64,000 nucleotides of DNA from an uncultured bacterium (lineage in GTDB: Bacteria; Actinomycetota; Thermoleophilia; Solirubrobacterales; 70-9): assembly GCA_963754045.1 (NCBI GenBank), contig CAVWEN010000002.1:1269475-1333474 (forward strand). Reading direction: 5' to 3'. Shown piece after piece: positions 59,435 through 64,000 of the stretch (positions within the stretch are counted from its first letter, which is position 1; every line of letters begins with the position of its first letter). Made by a program: the position numbers and the translations under genes. A model generated the notes under the pieces. It ran no database searches. It was not told the DNA's origin and was given only the letters and a program-made list of their open reading frames with translations.

Positions 59435-60460
59435 GTGCGACTGGGAGTTCTCACCGGGGGCGGCGATTGCCCCGGACTGAACGCGGTGATCCGTGCGGTC
59501 GTGCGCAAGGGGGTGGGCGAATACGGGCACGAGTTCCTCGGCTACCGCGACGGATGGCGTGGCCCACTCGAGGGTGTGAGTCGCCCGCTGGGTGTTCCCG
59601 AGGTTCGCGGCATCCTGCCTCGCGGAGGCACGATCCTCGGATCGTCGCGAACGAACCCGATCTCGGAGGAGGGGGGAGTCGACCGGATCGTCGCAACGCT
59701 CGAGCGCGACGCGGTCGACGGCCTGATCGCGATTGGCGGCGAGGACACCCTGGGGGTCGCCACCAGGCTCCACGAGGCCGGGGTGAACGTCGTCGGGGTG
59801 CCGAAGACCATCGACAACGACCTCGGCGCCACCGACTACACGTTTGGCTTCGATACGGCCGTGAACATCGCGATGGGATCGATCGACCGCCTACATACGA
59901 CGGCCGAGAGCCACAAGCGGACGTTGATCGTCGAGGTCATGGGCAGGCATGCGGGCTGGATCGCGCTGCATGCGGGCCTCGCCGGCGGCGCCAACGTGAT
60001 CCTGATCCCGGAGCACCCGTTCGACCTCGAGCGAGTCTGCGGCTACATCGAGCGGCGTTTCGAGGACCAGTACGCGCCGATCGTGGTGGTCTCCGAGGGT
60101 GCGGAGCCAATTGGCGGCATGCCGATCGCGGATCCAGGAGCGACCGATGCCTTTGGGCACGTGCGTCTTGGCGGCATCGGTCAATGGCTGGAGGCCGAGA
60201 TCGAGCAGCGCACCGGCCACGAAGCGCGCGCCACGGTCCTCGGTCACGTCCAGCGTGGCGGCACTCCCACGGCCTTCGACCGGGTGCTCGCCACCCGGTT
60301 CGGCCTCCACGCGATCGACGCCGCGCACGAGGGCGCGTGGGGCAAGATGACCGCCCTGCGCGCGACCGATATCGAGCTGGTGGAACTCGCTGACGCAACG
60401 ATTGCGCTGAAGCTCGTGCCCGTGTCGTTCTATCGCGAGGCCGAGGTCTTCTTCGGGTGA
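59435..60460 (+). CDS. pfkA: 6-phosphofructokinase (ATP- or PPi-dependent, PfkA family)
   Basis: LTGGGDCPGLNA, IGGEDT, PKTIDND, MGRHAG. Confidence 0.93.
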   Translation: MRLGVLTGGGDCPGLNAVIRAVVRKGVGEYGHEFLGYRDGWRGPLEGVSRPLGVPEVRGILPRGGTILGSSRTNPISEEGGVDRIVATLERDAVDGLIAIGGEDTLGVATRLHEAGVNVVGVPKTIDNDLGATDYTFGFDTAVNIAMGSIDRLHTTAESHKRTLIVEVMGRHAGWIALHAGLAGGANVILIPEHPFDLERVCGYIERRFEDQYAPIVVVSEGAEPIGGMPIADPGATDAFGHVRLGGIGQWLEAEIEQRTGHEARATVLGHVQRGGTPTAFDRVLATRFGLHAIDAAHEGAWGKMTALRATDIELVELADATIALKLVPVSFYREAEVFFG

Positions 60461-61131
60461 GGCGCCGTGCCACCGCAGTCGCCTTTGCGGTAATGGTGAG
60501 CGGGATCGGAGCATGCGCCGAGGATCTGGGGACGCTCTCGGGGGCGACGCTTACGGTGTACGTAAGCGTTCCGCTGAGCGGCCCGGCACGCGAGGAGGGA
60601 CAGGCGATCGCGGATGCTGCGCAAAAGGCCCTTGATGCAGCTGGCGGTAAGGCGGGAAGCGTGGAGCTACGGACCGAGACCCTTGACGTCGCGGGCCGCA
60701 ACGAGTCGCGCTTCGACCCGGTCACAGCGGCGGCCAACGCGCGAACCGCCGCCGAGGACTCGACCGCCATCGCCTATATCGGGGAGCTCGACTCCGGTGC
60801 TACGCGCACGTCGCTCCCAATCACCAACGCGGCGGGCATCCTCCAGGTCGCGGCTGGGAGCGGGGCCAGCGACCTGGTGACCGAGGAGACGTTCAGCGAC
60901 GACGTGCCGCTGGACGCTCAGCCCACGGGCACACGGACCTATGTTCAGCTCGCTCCGACCTACGATCCCGGCGAAAAGCCGGCCGCGATCGATCCCACCG
61001 CACTGGGCGCGCAGGCGATGGAACTCATCCTCGAGGCGATCGAGGGCGCGGAGGACCCGACCGACCGTGAATTTGTCGTCGACGCGGCGTTCTCTGACCC
61101 TACCGTGAGCCCGACGGGCGAGCTTCGCTAG
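60457..61131 (+). CDS. lipoprotein resembling the N-terminal lobe of a type I periplasmic (Leu/Ile/Val-type) substrate-binding protein
   Basis: Lipobox-like SGIGAC. VSVPLSGPAREEGQAI... The length (224 aa) is short for a complete binding protein. Confidence 0.6.
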   Translation: MRRRATAVAFAVMVSGIGACAEDLGTLSGATLTVYVSVPLSGPAREEGQAIADAAQKALDAAGGKAGSVELRTETLDVAGRNESRFDPVTAAANARTAAEDSTAIAYIGELDSGATRTSLPITNAAGILQVAAGSGASDLVTEETFSDDVPLDAQPTGTRTYVQLAPTYDPGEKPAAIDPTALGAQAMELILEAIEGAEDPTDREFVVDAAFSDPTVSPTGELR

Positions 61132-61138
61132 TACCGGC

Positions 61139-62053
61139 CTACCTGCCCAGCAGATCTTGAAGCGCGGCGTCTAGCTCCGTGAAGCGAAATCGAAAGCCCT
61201 TGTCCAGGGCGCGCCGGGGCACCACGCGCAGGCTCGCGACGACGAAGTCCGCCACCTCGGGGCCGCGGAGTGCCGCCACCGCGAACTTCGGTGCCGGCAC
61301 AAAGGCGGGGCGGCGCAGCGCCTTGCCCAGCGCCTTCGAGAAGGCCTTGTTCGTAACCGGATTCGGCGCCGCTGCGTTGAACACACCACGCGCGGACTCA
61401 CTGTCGAGCGCCCAGAGCAGCATGCCGACCTCGTCGTCCAAGTGGATCCACGGCATGTACTGCTCGCCGCCTGCGAGTGATCCTCCCACGCCCAGCTTGA
61501 ACGGGGGCAGCAGTTGCTTGAGAAGGCCCGATTTCGGATCGAGAACCAAGCCGGTGCGCGTGATGGCCAATCGCAGCCCCGCAGATTCCACCTCGCGCGC
61601 CGCCGCCTCCCACGCAACCACGACCTGCGCCAGAAAGTCGCTGCCGGGAGCCCGGTCCTCGTCGAGGATCGCATCGCCCGCCTTCAGTCCGTAGATGCCA
61701 ACGGCCGCCTGGCTCACGAGCACCCGCGGTTTGGGCTCGGCGGCGAGCATCGCGTCGACCAGGTTCTTGGTCGCACGTTCGCGGGTATCAAGGATGCGCC
61801 GTTTGACCTCGGCGTTCCACCGCTGGTTGATTTCCTCGCCGATCAGGTTGATCACGCCGTCGACGCCGGCGAGCGCCTCGGTGGGGGGGCGCTCGCTGAT
61901 GGGTTGCCAGGCGTGCCAGGTGACGGTCGGGTTCGTCGCGCGAGCACGCTCGGGGTCGCGTGAGAGGCCTACCACCTCATCGCCCCGTGCGAGGAGCGCG
62001 TCGCTCACGGCCTTGCCGATCGCTCCGGTTGCACCAGTGATCAATACCCGCAT
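61139..62053 (-). CDS. TIGR01777-type (YfcH-like) NAD-dependent epimerase/dehydratase family protein
   Basis: MRVLITGATGAIG Rossmann motif, C-terminal DUF1731-like region, GGGAGGA Shine-Dalgarno. Confidence 0.85.
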   Translation of the reverse strand: MRVLITGATGAIGKAVSDALLARGDEVVGLSRDPERARATNPTVTWHAWQPISERPPTEALAGVDGVINLIGEEINQRWNAEVKRRILDTRERATKNLVDAMLAAEPKPRVLVSQAAVGIYGLKAGDAILDEDRAPGSDFLAQVVVAWEAAAREVESAGLRLAITRTGLVLDPKSGLLKQLLPPFKLGVGGSLAGGEQYMPWIHLDDEVGMLLWALDSESARGVFNAAAPNPVTNKAFSKALGKALRRPAFVPAPKFAVAALRGPEVADFVVASLRVVPRRALDKGFRFRFTELDAALQDLLGR

Positions 62054-62100
62054 TCTCAGATCCTCCCGCCTAGTTCAAAGTTGAGCTGGCCGTACACCCG

Positions 62101-63561
<1,461 letters not shown>

Positions 63562-63644
63562 TGGCGGAGAAATATATGGATGGCTCACTTCCGGACCTGG
63601 CCGCGTGAGTAGATCGGGTATACGCTTCGCCGGAAGGAGTAGGG

Positions 63645-64000
63645 GTGAGCTGGAGACGAATGGCAGCCGTGGCAACGGCCGGCGTGGCCGGGCTGACGGT
63701 GGCCGCGGTCACGGCGCAGGGCGCGCCGCCGCCGAATATGAAGGGGGCCGTGGGCGACGTGTTTTCGTTCGCGACTTCCCAGAGCAACAACAACGGCCCC
63801 GCTCTTTCACCGGGCTTTCCTTTCGGCGATCAGGCGTCCGTCGCCAGGTGTCCCGGCGGAACCAGTCCCACCGGGTTCGGCCTGACCTGGTCGTTCGAAG
63901 CGCCGGCGGACCCCGCCACCACTCCGGCGGCGATTCGGATGCTGGCTCCCCCCACGGTCGCTGACCGCGAGCGTGCGGTCAGTGGCACCGGCACCTCCGA
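63645..64000 (+). CDS. secreted hypothetical protein, 3' end beyond the window
   Basis: GGAAGGAG Shine-Dalgarno then GTG. Signal-peptide-like MAAVATAGVAGLTVAAVTAQG. The frame is open to the end of the window. Confidence 0.55.
   Translation, partial: MSWRRMAAVATAGVAGLTVAAVTAQGAPPPNMKGAVGDVFSFATSQSNNNGPALSPGFPFGDQASVARCPGGTSPTGFGLTWSFEAPADPATTPAAIRMLAPPTVADRERAVSGTGTS

Overview
This is a high-GC, actinobacterial-type chromosomal core region that is almost wall-to-wall coding. I call about 60 protein genes (most on the + strand) and one tRNA-Ala(GGC). I see no rRNA, CRISPR array, transposase or integrase.

Gene order:
- tig (5'-truncated), clpP, a small secreted gene on the opposite strand, clpX, and an aldo/keto reductase
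- valS-folC, a PLDc_N/zinc-ribbon membrane protein, then ndk-maf-mreC-mreD-mrdA-rodA-rne-rplU-rpmA
- an ECF sigma / ZAS anti-sigma pair, then obg-proB-proA-nadD-rsfS, a DivIVA-like gene and tRNA-Ala
- a small accessory patch: a beta-helix secreted protein, an MBL hydrolase, and a 2-gene pair of a Gly-Gly-ended small protein plus a 2-TM protein
- leuS, cupin, acylphosphatase, comEA-comEC, holA, rpsT, murJ, an M23 peptidase, a decayed RTX-like gene, and lepA
- a HadA/HadB-like hotdog pair, an AbiEi_4/DUF559 gene bracketed by palindromic repeats, hrcA-dnaJ-prmA, murI, and yqeY-phoH-ybeY-era
- hisIE-trpE-G-D-C, htrA, trpF-B-A, pfkA, a lipoprotein, an epimerase, a malic enzyme, and a 3'-truncated secreted protein

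All functional calls come from motifs and gene order read by eye; no database search was run. The long antisense ORFs in the six-frame track are typical high-GC artefacts.

Nothing here is an obvious large novel system. The items most worth a second look:
1. An orphan 74-aa ORF ending in Gly-Gly, coupled through a CTGA overlap to a 2-TM protein that has no canonical start.
2. Two copies of a roughly 50-bp palindromic repeat that bracket exactly the DUF559 gene.
3. A perfect CRP-type TGTGA-N6-TCACA site upstream of the M23 peptidase.
4. An RsrA-like soluble anti-sigma / ECF sigma pair inserted into rplU-rpmA-obg.
5. A recurrent TANNNT hexamer 6-7 nt upstream of many start codons, which suggests leaderless mRNAs.
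6. A nadD whose catalytic motif lies upstream of its first canonical start.
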